Below are positions 51,284 to 61,047 of a stretch of 64,000 nt of DNA, one piece after another. The stretch is taken from NCBI GenBank assembly GCA_963667015.2, contig CAXXJJ010000004.1, positions 2,208,001 to 2,272,000 of the forward strand, written 5' to 3'. Below the pieces are notes generated by a model, which searched no databases, was not told the origin of the DNA, and saw nothing but the letters and a program-made list of their open reading frames with translations. This DNA is from Desulfatiglandales bacterium (GTDB lineage Bacteria > Desulfobacterota > DSM-4660 > Desulfatiglandales > HGW-15). Position 1 is the first letter of the stretch. Every line of letters starts with the position of its first letter. The translations under genes were made by a program, and so were the position numbers.

Positions 51284-52363
51284 ATGAAAATGGATCGTTC
51301 AACTGCACCAAAATTGTTTTATGCTATTCTTTTTATTTTTGTCGGTCTGTTTTGCTGGCTCTGCTGGAGTTTTCTATCCGCTATAGTACTTGGCCTGGTT
51401 ATCACCAGCGCATTTTACCCCTTGTACTCATGGTATAGCAGCCTTTTTGAAGGGAAACAGGTCTTTAAAGCGGTATCAATGACGGTCTTTATTTTCCTGA
51501 TTCTGACTATTCCGATCAGCGGTTTTGTTGGAAGCCTCTATCAGGAAGCACTGGACTCATATGGCCGAACAAAAAACTCTGTTTCACTGCAGAAAATTCA
51601 GGAGATTCTTAAGAGTGATTCAATATGGGTGAAACGTATTAAAAAAATAAGTGAAGTCGCAAATATTGAGCTTGACGACCAGAGTATACAAAAGACTATA
51701 GCAACAAAAGTGAAGGATTTTGGGCTTTACCTGACCAAACAACTCAGTTCTGTCGCAACAAACCTGATGAGTTTTTTGCTTAATTTTCTCCTGATGATGC
51801 TGATCATATATTATATTTTCAAGGATGGGCAGAGACTAAATAACTATCTTCTTTCGGTACTCCCCTTCCCGAAGGCGCAGCAGGAACTCATCCTTGACAA
51901 GTTTGACGAAATGGGAAGGGCCATTATTTTCGGGAACGGTCTTTCAGGGATAATACAGGGTATACTCGGAGGATTTGCGTTTTACTTCTTTGGTCTGGGA
52001 TCGCCTTTTTTATGGGGAACAGTTATGGGATTTCTGGCCTTTTTACCTGTAATCGGTGCATCCGTGGTATTTATCCCCGCAACACTAGTATTACTCCTGC
52101 AGGATAAAATAGGGGCAAGTATTGCCTATTTCATCTATAATGCGACCTACAGCATTATAATAGAGTATTTTATCAAGCCGAAACTCATAGGAAAAGGCAT
52201 GAAGATGAACACGATCTTCGTGTTTATAGGTATACTTGGAGGCTTGAAACTCTGGGGAATACTGGGGATAATATACGGCCCCTTTATTATAACGATTATT
52301 TTCACTTTACTGGAAATCTACAGGCTTGAATACAGGCCGGCAAATATACAGGATTTAAAATAA
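51284..52363 (+). CDS. AI-2E family transporter
   Basis: Polytopic; LPVIGA, IKPKLIG, GGLKLWG..GIIYGP. Confidence 0.9.
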   Translation: MKMDRSTAPKLFYAILFIFVGLFCWLCWSFLSAIVLGLVITSAFYPLYSWYSSLFEGKQVFKAVSMTVFIFLILTIPISGFVGSLYQEALDSYGRTKNSVSLQKIQEILKSDSIWVKRIKKISEVANIELDDQSIQKTIATKVKDFGLYLTKQLSSVATNLMSFLLNFLLMMLIIYYIFKDGQRLNNYLLSVLPFPKAQQELILDKFDEMGRAIIFGNGLSGIIQGILGGFAFYFFGLGSPFLWGTVMGFLAFLPVIGASVVFIPATLVLLLQDKIGASIAYFIYNATYSIIIEYFIKPKLIGKGMKMNTIFVFIGILGGLKLWGILGIIYGPFIITIIFTLLEIYRLEYRPANIQDLK

Positions 52364-52382
52364 AAATCACAGGGAGGATATA

Positions 52383-53402
52383 ATGCCAATAGGAACCACA
52401 ATAACGCAGCACATACTCAATCAGCAGAGAGAAAACCCTGAAGCGACAGGGGCCTTTACCCATCTTTTACATGAACTTATTGTTGCAGCAAAGGTAATAT
52501 CAAAGGAAGTGAACAAGGCAGGACTTGCAGATATACTGGGCGCTACAGGAGATATCAATGTTCAGGAAGAGAAGGTTCAGAAACTGGATGTTTACGCTAA
52601 CAGGATTATTATAGAAAGGATGCAGCATATAGGTCAGCTCTGCTGTATGGGTTCTGAGGAAGTTGCAGACCTCATTGATATTCCCGCTAAATACCCCAAG
52701 GGAAACTATATACTCGTATTTGATCCACTGGACGGTTCATCCAACATTGACGTAAATATAAGTATTGGAACCATATTCGGGATATACAAAAAAAAGAGTG
52801 AAGAAACCGACATCAATTTTCTTTTGAATGAAACCCTCCAGCCCGGATATGAACAGGTTGCTGCAGGTTATTTCATATACGGCTCCAGCACAATAATGGT
52901 TTATACCACCGGAAACGGAGTCCATGGCTTTACTCTCTACCCCAGTGTTGGAGAATTCCTGCTTTCTCATGAGAATATAAAAATACCTGAAAAGGGAAAA
53001 ATCTACAGCGTAAACGAAAGCAATTATCAGTACTGGGATGACAATACAAAGGCCCTGATTGATCATTTCAAAACGAAAGATAAAAAAACAGGCTGGTCCT
53101 ATTCGGCAAGGTATGTAGGAAGCCTTGTAGCCGATTTTCACAGGAACCTTTTAAAGGGTGGGATATTCATGTATCCAGCTGACAACAAAGACCCCAAGAA
53201 GTCGACAGGCAAGTTAAGACTTATGGTAGAAGCAAACCCCCTTGCCATGGTTGTTCAACAGGCCGGAGGTTATGCAAGTGACGGAACAGGTCCGATCCTG
53301 GACATGCAGCCGGAGGAACTCCATCAGCGGGTGCCTCTGTATATAGGCAGTAAAGAAGATGTTAAGCTTGCTGAAAGATTTTTAAGAGGGGAAAGGGAAT
53401 AA
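52383..53402 (+). CDS. fbp: Fructose-1,6-bisphosphatase class I
   Basis: QKLDV, SEE, FDPLDGSSNID, RYVGSLVAD, GKLRL. Confidence 0.95.
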   Translation: MPIGTTITQHILNQQRENPEATGAFTHLLHELIVAAKVISKEVNKAGLADILGATGDINVQEEKVQKLDVYANRIIIERMQHIGQLCCMGSEEVADLIDIPAKYPKGNYILVFDPLDGSSNIDVNISIGTIFGIYKKKSEETDINFLLNETLQPGYEQVAAGYFIYGSSTIMVYTTGNGVHGFTLYPSVGEFLLSHENIKIPEKGKIYSVNESNYQYWDDNTKALIDHFKTKDKKTGWSYSARYVGSLVADFHRNLLKGGIFMYPADNKDPKKSTGKLRLMVEANPLAMVVQQAGGYASDGTGPILDMQPEELHQRVPLYIGSKEDVKLAERFLRGERE

Positions 53403-53410
53403 AAAAAGAA

Positions 53411-53490
53411 GGGTACAAGGCGCAGGGTGCAAGGCACAGGGAAAACCGGTTTAAGCTTTTCCTTGTGCCCTGCGCCTTGAGCCTTGCGCC
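53411..53490. repeat. Imperfect palindrome of heptamer repeats between convergent genes (possible bidirectional terminator)
   Basis: gggtaca-aggcgca-gggtgca-aggcaca ... ccttgtg-ccctgcg-ccttgag-ccttgcg. Confidence 0.75.
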
Positions 53491-53548
53491 ATTTTATAAG
53501 ACACAAATCTTATTAAAAGCACCTTTGTTAAAAAACCGTTGAGTTGTG

Positions 53549-54550
53549 TTATCCACCCCGGATCATCTCCACAAAGGCATCAAGTCTTAATGCTGTCCTT
53601 CTGTCAATCTCTCCGGGTCTGTCACCCTCAATTGTCAGCATGGGGATATTCAATTTTTCTCTGAGGACAATGTCATAGAGCTGCCGGAAGCAGAAGGTCT
53701 GGGTATAATGTATAAGGCCGTCCAGGTTTCTTTCTTTAATTGCCTCTTCTATATCTCTGATCCTTGCTTCAGGGCTGTAGGGATATGTGTAAAGGGTATA
53801 CTGGTCAACTATATCATCAGTATCATAGGGCATGCTGAACTGCCGCTGCACCTCATTAAATACCACCCTTGCCCCTATTGATTCCAGGTATTGATAGAAA
53901 TTGGAAAATATTGGAGGAACCCCGAGCAGGCCCAGCCGGATATCAGATTTCAACTCCTTCCTTCCTTTTATGTCTGAAAGAAATATATCTATTTCATTTT
54001 CATATTTTTCAGGATCTGATTTAAAATCTGAACTCGATACAAGGAAGAGGTGATTCTCAAAACCTGTTACGATATTATCAACGTATGTGAGCCGGTCAAG
54101 CTGTCTTAGCTTTTTTCTTACTTTATCAAGACGTGCCTTTTCTCTTTTCACCTGATCCCATGAGGTTGAGAGGGCCTGCATGAAGGCTTCGAGTTTTTGC
54201 TTAACAGGTTCATATTTTTGAGACTGGGGATAATCAAAGGGTATAATCTCTATCCCCTTAAGATTCATTATCTCTGCCAGTGCTATAGTATTGCTGCAGT
54301 CACCCCCTGTCACCGCTATAACACGTCTGATATCATGATTTATTACAGTTGAATAAATCCCTTTTATCCATGCACAGATATTACTGGAAAATCCGGCAGA
54401 TTCCGACTGGCTCACAAGACTTTCCGGATCTTCATACTCTATAAAGATATTGTTGATATCAACGGGCTTAAAACCTGCAGCAAAGATAATCTCAATCGGA
54501 ACGGTTGATGTAATTCCTATGAAATTGCTGTTATATGATCTGGTTTTCAC
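53549..54550 (-). CDS. 2-hydroxyacyl-CoA dehydratase (HgdB/FldB-like) subunit
   Basis: VPIEIIFAAG, ICAWIK, GGDCSN, QTFCFR, LTIEGD, RLDAFVE. Confidence 0.8.
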   Translation of the reverse strand: MKTRSYNSNFIGITSTVPIEIIFAAGFKPVDINNIFIEYEDPESLVSQSESAGFSSNICAWIKGIYSTVINHDIRRVIAVTGGDCSNTIALAEIMNLKGIEIIPFDYPQSQKYEPVKQKLEAFMQALSTSWDQVKREKARLDKVRKKLRQLDRLTYVDNIVTGFENHLFLVSSSDFKSDPEKYENEIDIFLSDIKGRKELKSDIRLGLLGVPPIFSNFYQYLESIGARVVFNEVQRQFSMPYDTDDIVDQYTLYTYPYSPEARIRDIEEAIKERNLDGLIHYTQTFCFRQLYDIVLREKLNIPMLTIEGDRPGEIDRRTALRLDAFVEMIRGG

Positions 54551-55193
54551 TTCGTTTTGACCCTACATAGTAGAATTTTTCATCAGGAAGTTCAATGCAT
54601 GTGAGTTTGTTGCCAAAAACAGCACCCGTATCCAGACCGATCTTGTTTTCAGCAATGTAGGGTGAAGGAAAAGGTGTATGGCCGAATATCACCTTTTTTC
54701 CAAAATCGTACTCCGAAAAGATAAAATCTTCCCTTATCCACAATTTGTCTTTTAGAGATTGTTTATCGATTTCTATTCCCGGCATAAGCCCGGCATGAAC
54801 TATATAGTAATCATCAAGCTCAACAAGAGCCTTCAGGGACTCAATAAATAATATATGCTCAGGCGGTATATTTATCTTTCCATCTACCCTGTAACTGTTA
54901 AGCGTAGCAACTCCTCCATTTATTAAAAAAGAATTTTCATTCCTGCCTAAGAGATATTCAAGAAAAAGGCTTTCATGATTTCCCAAAAGGCAATGGATAT
55001 TGGGAGACGATTCCTTCAGGTTTATCAAGGTATCTATTACACCTTTAGAGTCGTCCCCTCTGTCAATATAATCACCAATAAAAATAAGGTTATCCTTTTC
55101 AGAATCCCACGGAATTAAACTCAGCATTTCTTCCAGCATATCCCTGCAGCCGTGCAGGTCGCCAATTACAAATGATTTACACTTTTCATTCAT
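54531..55193 (-). CDS. PPP-family (calcineurin-like) Ser/Thr phosphatase
   Basis: GDLHG, GDYIDRG, GNHE, VHAG, FGHTP, DTG. Confidence 0.9.
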   Translation of the reverse strand: MNEKCKSFVIGDLHGCRDMLEEMLSLIPWDSEKDNLIFIGDYIDRGDDSKGVIDTLINLKESSPNIHCLLGNHESLFLEYLLGRNENSFLINGGVATLNSYRVDGKINIPPEHILFIESLKALVELDDYYIVHAGLMPGIEIDKQSLKDKLWIREDFIFSEYDFGKKVIFGHTPFPSPYIAENKIGLDTGAVFGNKLTCIELPDEKFYYVGSKRSENQII

Positions 55194-55269
55194 TTCATAC
55201 TATGGGGAATAAAATTCATAATACCCCTGTCTTAAAGGCAGGGCAAATACACACAAGCTAAAAATCGCA

Positions 55270-55974
55270 TTAATCTCTGCTGCCGCCAAAAATTCTGAGA
55301 AGCATAATAAACAGGTTAATAAAATCAAGATATAAAGAAAGTGCGCCTAATATAGCCCCTTTTCTGACTACTTCACCTTCGAGCCCGGCAGGTTGTGTAA
55401 GCGCCATGTTTTTTATCTTCTGAGTATCATATGCCGTAAGCCCTACAAACACGACAACACCTATATAACTGATTGCATAATAAAGGGTAGAGCTGTGCAT
55501 AAAAATATTCACGATTGAGGCAATAACAATTCCAATAAGCCCCATAAACATAAAACTTCCAATGGATGTGAGATCCTTTTTAGTTGTCCATCCATAGATA
55601 CTGCATGCAAGAAATGTGAGTGAACAGATAAAAAACGTACTCACTATTGACTCGCTTGTATAAACCAGAAAAATAAAGGAAAGTGTGACACCGTTTAATG
55701 CCGAGTAAACAAGAAACAATGCCGTAGCAGTAGCACCGCTGATCTTGTTCATCATTCCGCCTATAGAAACAACAAGACCTATTTCGGCGATAAATAGTAT
55801 AATGAGGATTGCTTTGTTCCCGAACACCATTTGAACTAATGCCTCATTTCCGGAAACATACCAGGCTATAAAACCCGTAACCGCAAGCCCCATAACCATC
55901 CAGTTATAGACACTCCTTACAAACTCATTCACCATAACATCTGTTTTTTGTTTAAATGCTGTTAATCGTTCCAT
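55270..55974 (-). CDS. Bax inhibitor-1/YccA family membrane protein
   Basis: VYNWM, TAYDTQKIK, GALSLYLDFINLF. Confidence 0.93.
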   Translation of the reverse strand: MERLTAFKQKTDVMVNEFVRSVYNWMVMGLAVTGFIAWYVSGNEALVQMVFGNKAILIILFIAEIGLVVSIGGMMNKISGATATALFLVYSALNGVTLSFIFLVYTSESIVSTFFICSLTFLACSIYGWTTKKDLTSIGSFMFMGLIGIVIASIVNIFMHSSTLYYAISYIGVVVFVGLTAYDTQKIKNMALTQPAGLEGEVVRKGAILGALSLYLDFINLFIMLLRIFGGSRD

Positions 55975-56069
55975 ATTTTTTCTCCTTTTTGTACATCGGT
56001 ATTTTTCTGTAAAACTATAATATAAGTTCAGCGCTCAATTTTTCAAGCCACATGCATATTCTGCCACAA

Positions 56070-57314
56070 TCACATTGATTCCAGGTTTTTGATTCTTTCT
56101 GTTATGGGGGGATGAGAATAGTTAAATTTAACATAAAGTGAATGAGGGCAAAGGTTTGAAAGATTATCCACTGCCATTTTTCTTAAGGCCTTTACCAATG
56201 GCTTCGGACTGTTCATTGCATCCCTGGCAAATTTGTCAGATTCTCTCTCAAACCTTCTTGAAAGTGCCATGAATGCCGGCGATACAAAAAAACCTACAGG
56301 TCCCCACAGGATTGAAATGAGAAAAAGTCCTGCATAAAACGGTTTTGCTGAGAAACCGAAACTTTTATACATAATATCCCAGTCTATCATCCATGCCGCG
56401 ATATAAAACAGGGCAAGAGATATTGCGCTCATGAGGATTAACTGCTTTTTTATGTGCCCTTTTTTAAGGTGCCCTATTTCATGGGCCAGCACTGCGAGAA
56501 TCTCATCCCTGTCATGGGATTCGATAAGGGTATCATATAATACAATACGTTTGCTTTTCCCCAGCCCGGAAAAATAGGCATTTGTATGACGACTTCTTTT
56601 TCCTGCATCCATCTTGAATATTCCGGTAACCGAAACACCTTCTTTTTCTGCAAGTTTTCTTATTGCTTCGTCAAGTTCCCTATCGTCAATCGGTGTAAAT
56701 TTATTAAATATAGGGGCAATAATGGTTGGATATATTACAGTCATGAGCAATTGAAATGCCAGGAAAATACCCCATGCCCAAAGCCACCAGAACCTCCCGG
56801 CTGATTTAATCATTATAAGCAATAGAGACAATAAAATCCCGCCCAGTATCAGAGAGATCAGCAGAGATTTTAAAATATCAATAAACCATGTTTTAATATC
56901 AGTTGTATTAAAACCGTATTTTTCTTCAATTACGAAAACACTGTAATAATTAAAAGGCAGGCCGATAATTGAAGTAAGTATACCGGGAACAGCAAAAAAG
57001 ATAAGACCGGCGGGGACATAATTCATATCGCCCACAAGATCCGCAACCCATGGAAGAAACCCGTAAAGGATAATAGCCAGAAAGAGCAGCATCCCTGTAA
57101 TACTTTTTAAAACCGCTATGTTAGTATTATCAGAGGTATATGAGGTTATCTTTTCCAGGTGGGAATCTTCGATATGACCTTTAAAAACGCTGGGGACTGT
57201 CATGCCCTTCTTTTTAAGATGAGATGCATTTATGAGGTCTATTAGAATATCAGCAACTGACCCAAAGATATAAACAACAAGGAATGCACATAAAAAACTA
57301 TTGATATTTATCAT
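56070..57314 (-). CDS. M48 (Ste24-like) metallopeptidase
   Basis: NAYFSG, LYDTL, HEIGH, SRRFE..SD, YSHPP. Confidence 0.93.
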   Translation of the reverse strand: MININSFLCAFLVVYIFGSVADILIDLINASHLKKKGMTVPSVFKGHIEDSHLEKITSYTSDNTNIAVLKSITGMLLFLAIILYGFLPWVADLVGDMNYVPAGLIFFAVPGILTSIIGLPFNYYSVFVIEEKYGFNTTDIKTWFIDILKSLLISLILGGILLSLLLIMIKSAGRFWWLWAWGIFLAFQLLMTVIYPTIIAPIFNKFTPIDDRELDEAIRKLAEKEGVSVTGIFKMDAGKRSRHTNAYFSGLGKSKRIVLYDTLIESHDRDEILAVLAHEIGHLKKGHIKKQLILMSAISLALFYIAAWMIDWDIMYKSFGFSAKPFYAGLFLISILWGPVGFFVSPAFMALSRRFERESDKFARDAMNSPKPLVKALRKMAVDNLSNLCPHSLYVKFNYSHPPITERIKNLESM

Positions 57315-57377
57315 AATTTTGTCTTATCATCTGTGAATATAGAAAATTTAACTATTATTAACAGGAAAATATATTTA

Positions 57378-58589
57378 ATGGATAACAAATTATATATCGT
57401 AATGGTCGGTCTTCCTGCAAGGGGAAAATCGACAACTGCAACCAAGGTAAGAGATGATCTGAAAAAAGACTCTGTAAAGGCCAAAATATTTAATAACGGA
57501 GATCTTAGAAGAGAGCTGATCCCCAACAACACCTCCTTTGCTGAATTTTATAACCCTGAAAATGAAAATTCTGCGGCAATAAGAGAAAAAATCTCCCTTA
57601 TGAATGTAAAAAAGGCAAAAACCTATCTCAGAAAAGGCGGCCAGGTTGCCATTCTCGATGCTACAAATGCGAGCATGTCAAGAAGAGAGCTGATACAATC
57701 ACACCTGGATGACTATCCAACCCTTTATATTGAATGTATAAACAATAACGATGAAATACTGAATGCCAGCATAAGAAGAAAAGTGGACACAAAGGAGTTC
57801 TCACATCTAAAAACGGATGAAGCTATTAAGAGTTTTAAAAAAAGAATTGCCTACTATGAAAACATCTACGCACCTCTTAAACGCGAGAGAAATATTATCA
57901 GGCTTGATTCACTTAATAAAAAAGTCGTCCATGAGGAGATAAAGGATTCCATACCCTTTTATGATCAGATCAGGGATTTTCTGGTCACCGATACAATAAA
58001 ACATCTTTACCTTGTAAGGCATGGCGAAACCTATTTTAATATTGAAAACAGGATCGGCGGGGATTCCAGACTCACTGAAAAGGGCCTTAAACAGGCTGCC
58101 GCCCTTGGCAAATACTTTTCTAAAAAGGAGATACCCATTATTTTTACCAGTGGGATGAAAAGGACTATCCAGACTGCCATGCCCATAAAGACCAGCCAGA
58201 AAAAATGTGCCCTTATCCCCTTACCCGAATTTAATGAAATAAACAGCGGAATTTGTGAGTGCATGAGCTATGACGAAATACGAAACACCATGCCTGATGT
58301 TTATAAAACACGAAAAAAGGACAAATATAATTATGTCTATCCTGAAGGTGAAGGCTATGTCACAATGATGGAAAGGATAAACAGGGGAATCAACAAGGTT
58401 TTATACCTGAGTGACATATCAAAGAATATCGTTATTGTCGGCCACAGGGCGGCAAACAGGATGATACTTTCCCACTTTCTTTTCAGGCGTGAAGAGGATG
58501 TGCCATATATCTATATTCCGCAGGATAAATTTTACTATATATCGGTAACCCAGAACAAAAAACTGTTTCAGCTGAAGAAATATCGGTAA
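57378..58589 (+). CDS. Bifunctional 6-phosphofructo-2-kinase/fructose-2,6-bisphosphatase-like protein
   Basis: VMVGLPARGKS, FNNGDLRR, ILDATN, KRIAYY; RHGE..RIGGD, KRTIQTA, NEINSGICE, DKYNYVYPEGE, VGHRA. Confidence 0.9.
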   Translation: MDNKLYIVMVGLPARGKSTTATKVRDDLKKDSVKAKIFNNGDLRRELIPNNTSFAEFYNPENENSAAIREKISLMNVKKAKTYLRKGGQVAILDATNASMSRRELIQSHLDDYPTLYIECINNNDEILNASIRRKVDTKEFSHLKTDEAIKSFKKRIAYYENIYAPLKRERNIIRLDSLNKKVVHEEIKDSIPFYDQIRDFLVTDTIKHLYLVRHGETYFNIENRIGGDSRLTEKGLKQAAALGKYFSKKEIPIIFTSGMKRTIQTAMPIKTSQKKCALIPLPEFNEINSGICECMSYDEIRNTMPDVYKTRKKDKYNYVYPEGEGYVTMMERINRGINKVLYLSDISKNIVIVGHRAANRMILSHFLFRREEDVPYIYIPQDKFYYISVTQNKKLFQLKKYR

Positions 58590-58705
58590 TTTATTATATT
58601 TATGATCAGTAATAACACCTCAAATAACGTAGAATTGCCAAAAAAAATTATCATGTTATAATTCAGGCAAAAAAATAAACCTTTCTGAATCCAAGGATAC
58701 CCCGC

Positions 58706-59203
58706 ATGATCCAGGCAAAAAAAATTCCTGAAACAAATCTCTCCAAGGCTGTTGTAGATCTTTTAATCGGTATCCCTATGTTTGACCAGATCAGGGCAGA
58801 TGAATTAAGAATAGTCGCCAGACATATGAATTTTATGGATTTTGAACCAAAAGAGATTATTTTTTCCGAGGGGGATACCGGTGATTTTGTCTGCTTTGTT
58901 ACGAAAGGTGTTCTTGATGTATTAAAAAAAAATGAAAAAGGCAAAAATACAGTAATTGCTTCCCTCGTTAGAGGCAGATCACTGGGTGAGATGTCAATAA
59001 TAGATGATTTTCCGAGATCAGCCACAGTAAAGGCGAAAACAAAATCAACCCTGCTGATACTTACACGTAAAGGTTTTGATCAACTGCTTGAACAGCATCC
59101 GCGGATAGGAGTAAAGATATTGAAAGGGCTGGCAAAACTTCTGAGCATGAACCTGAGAAAAACTTCCAGCCTTCTGGCTGACTATATGCTTCCGATTGCT
59201 TAG
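58706..59203 (+). CDS. Stand-alone cyclic-nucleotide-binding domain protein
   Basis: IIFSEGDTG, LGEMSIIDDFPRSATVKA; no HTH. Confidence 0.9.
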   Translation: MIQAKKIPETNLSKAVVDLLIGIPMFDQIRADELRIVARHMNFMDFEPKEIIFSEGDTGDFVCFVTKGVLDVLKKNEKGKNTVIASLVRGRSLGEMSIIDDFPRSATVKAKTKSTLLILTRKGFDQLLEQHPRIGVKILKGLAKLLSMNLRKTSSLLADYMLPIA

Positions 59204-59226
59204 ATTTATAAAATTAGGAGGAAACG

Positions 59227-59607
59227 ATGCGAAAATATTTTTTAGGATTACTAATTGTTATTGCATGCATTTCAGGCAACTCCTTTGGAAGGGATCTTGA
59301 ACTTGTTTTAAAGGGGTCCCAAAATACTGAAGAAGGAATAAAGATATCCTACAGTATTATAAATCAAAAAGACTTTGTAAGGCGAAATGTAAAGATAGCT
59401 TTTAAAATACTGGCAGATAATAAACCTGTAGGATGCAGAGAGGTAACCCTTGATGTCCCGGCCAATTCAACCGGCGATCAAATAATGGAGGTAATAATCC
59501 AGGCACCCTGCAAGGATAAATCCTGTAAGGTTGCTGCACAGATATTTGACAGCACTGCAAGAAAATACAGGATTGATAACTGGATGTCAGAGTGCCCCAG
59601 AATGTAA
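59227..59607 (+). CDS. Hypothetical exported protein
   Basis: Signal-peptide-like N-terminus, GGAGG RBS, several Cys. Confidence 0.65.
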   Translation: MRKYFLGLLIVIACISGNSFGRDLELVLKGSQNTEEGIKISYSIINQKDFVRRNVKIAFKILADNKPVGCREVTLDVPANSTGDQIMEVIIQAPCKDKSCKVAAQIFDSTARKYRIDNWMSECPRM

Positions 59608-59615
59608 AAAATTAT

Positions 59616-60812
59616 TTATTTTTTACCCAGCTTTGCCTTCAGCAGATCACCCAGGGTACCGAATGAAGAGGATGTGCTGCCTGCCTGGCCATAGCTTTTA
59701 TAGGCCTCTTTCTCTTCATCCTTTGCATTGTCTACCATTCCAAGAGAAAGCCTTCGTTTTTCCACATCAACACCATTAATCTTCACTTCTATTTCCTGAC
59801 CTACCTCTACTGCTTCCCTGGCATGATTTAACCTTTTACCTTTGCCAAGTTCGGAGATATGAAGAAGCCCGTCTATTCCGGGTTCAACGTTCACAAAGGC
59901 GCCATACTTCTCTGTACGCACAACTTTGCCTTTATGCAAAGTACCCTCAGGATATTTTTTTGAAATGGAATCCCATGGATCAGGCAGTATTTCCTTGAGA
60001 CTAAAAGAAAATTTATTATTGGTCCAGTCAAGGGTTGCAATGGCCACATCAACCTGCTGACCGACAGAGAGGATGCCGTCTATATCATCCACACGACCCC
60101 ACGAGATCTCCGACACAGGGATCAGACCTTCTATGCCGCCCACATCTATAAAGGCTCCAAATTTCTTTATTGATGTTACCGTGCCTGTTACTGTCATTCC
60201 GACTTCAAGAGACTCTTTCAGTTCAAGCTTCTTTTCTTCTCTCGCCTCTTCAAGAATTGCACGATGGGACAGGATTATATTCCGTCCCTTTTCACCATAT
60301 TCTGCCACCTTGAAGGTTAATTCCGAACCTATAATACTGCCTGTATCCTCAATACGCCCCAGTCCCATCTGAGAAAAAGGACAGAAGGCACGAGTCTTAC
60401 CGGCTATTCGAACCTCAAAACCTCCCTTGATTTCCTTTTCTACGACGCCCTGAACGGGTATGCCGTTATAAAAGGCATCTTCCAGAAATTCCTTTCCAGT
60501 GGACTCCAGTGTAAGTTTGGTGGTAAACAGTTTTTCACTGTTACGCGAGGACAGGAAAAAGGCCTTTATGGTATCTCCCTCTTTGATATTGATATTTCCC
60601 TCTTCATCCATAAATTCACTGAGGGCAATGATCCCTTCAGATTTACTGCCTGTATCAATAAAGACCCAATCATCTGTAATCTGGATAATATCAACCTCGA
60701 CCTCCTGCCCCGGCTGATAGAATATTGCCTTTACATCACTCTGGTTCAATAAATCCTCAAAACTTTCTTCCATTTCATCATTTTCTGTTATGATCTCATT
60801 TTCCCTGTCCAT
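59616..60812 (-). CDS. rpsA: 30S ribosomal protein S1-like protein with four S1 domains
   Basis: KSEGII, RAFCPFSQ, FGAFIDVGGIEGLIPVSE, YGAFVNVEPGIDGLLHISE, FGTLGDLLK. Confidence 0.85.
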   Translation of the reverse strand: MDRENEIITENDEMEESFEDLLNQSDVKAIFYQPGQEVEVDIIQITDDWVFIDTGSKSEGIIALSEFMDEEGNINIKEGDTIKAFFLSSRNSEKLFTTKLTLESTGKEFLEDAFYNGIPVQGVVEKEIKGGFEVRIAGKTRAFCPFSQMGLGRIEDTGSIIGSELTFKVAEYGEKGRNIILSHRAILEEAREEKKLELKESLEVGMTVTGTVTSIKKFGAFIDVGGIEGLIPVSEISWGRVDDIDGILSVGQQVDVAIATLDWTNNKFSFSLKEILPDPWDSISKKYPEGTLHKGKVVRTEKYGAFVNVEPGIDGLLHISELGKGKRLNHAREAVEVGQEIEVKINGVDVEKRRLSLGMVDNAKDEEKEAYKSYGQAGSTSSSFGTLGDLLKAKLGKK

Positions 60813-60993
60813 AAACTCTTTTACTTACTCCTGTGATAAAAAAACGGTTTGCGGTATGAGGTGTACGGTTTACGGTTTCCCTTACACCAGATACATACTG
60901 TCATGTTTTTTGGTTAAAAGGTAACGTATTAAATAGTATGTAGATACTGGCATAATTATATTGGAAAGTCCAGACATAGGGCTGAAAACAAAT

Positions 60994-61036
60994 AAAAAAA
61001 GGGTTCATTTCATAAAAGAAATGAACCCTTTTTTTT
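60994..61036. terminator. Intrinsic (bidirectional-type) terminator after the FAD oxidoreductase
   Basis: A7-GGGTTCATTTC-ataaaa-GAAATGAACCC-T8. Confidence 0.85.
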
Positions 61037-61047
61037 AGGTTATATTA

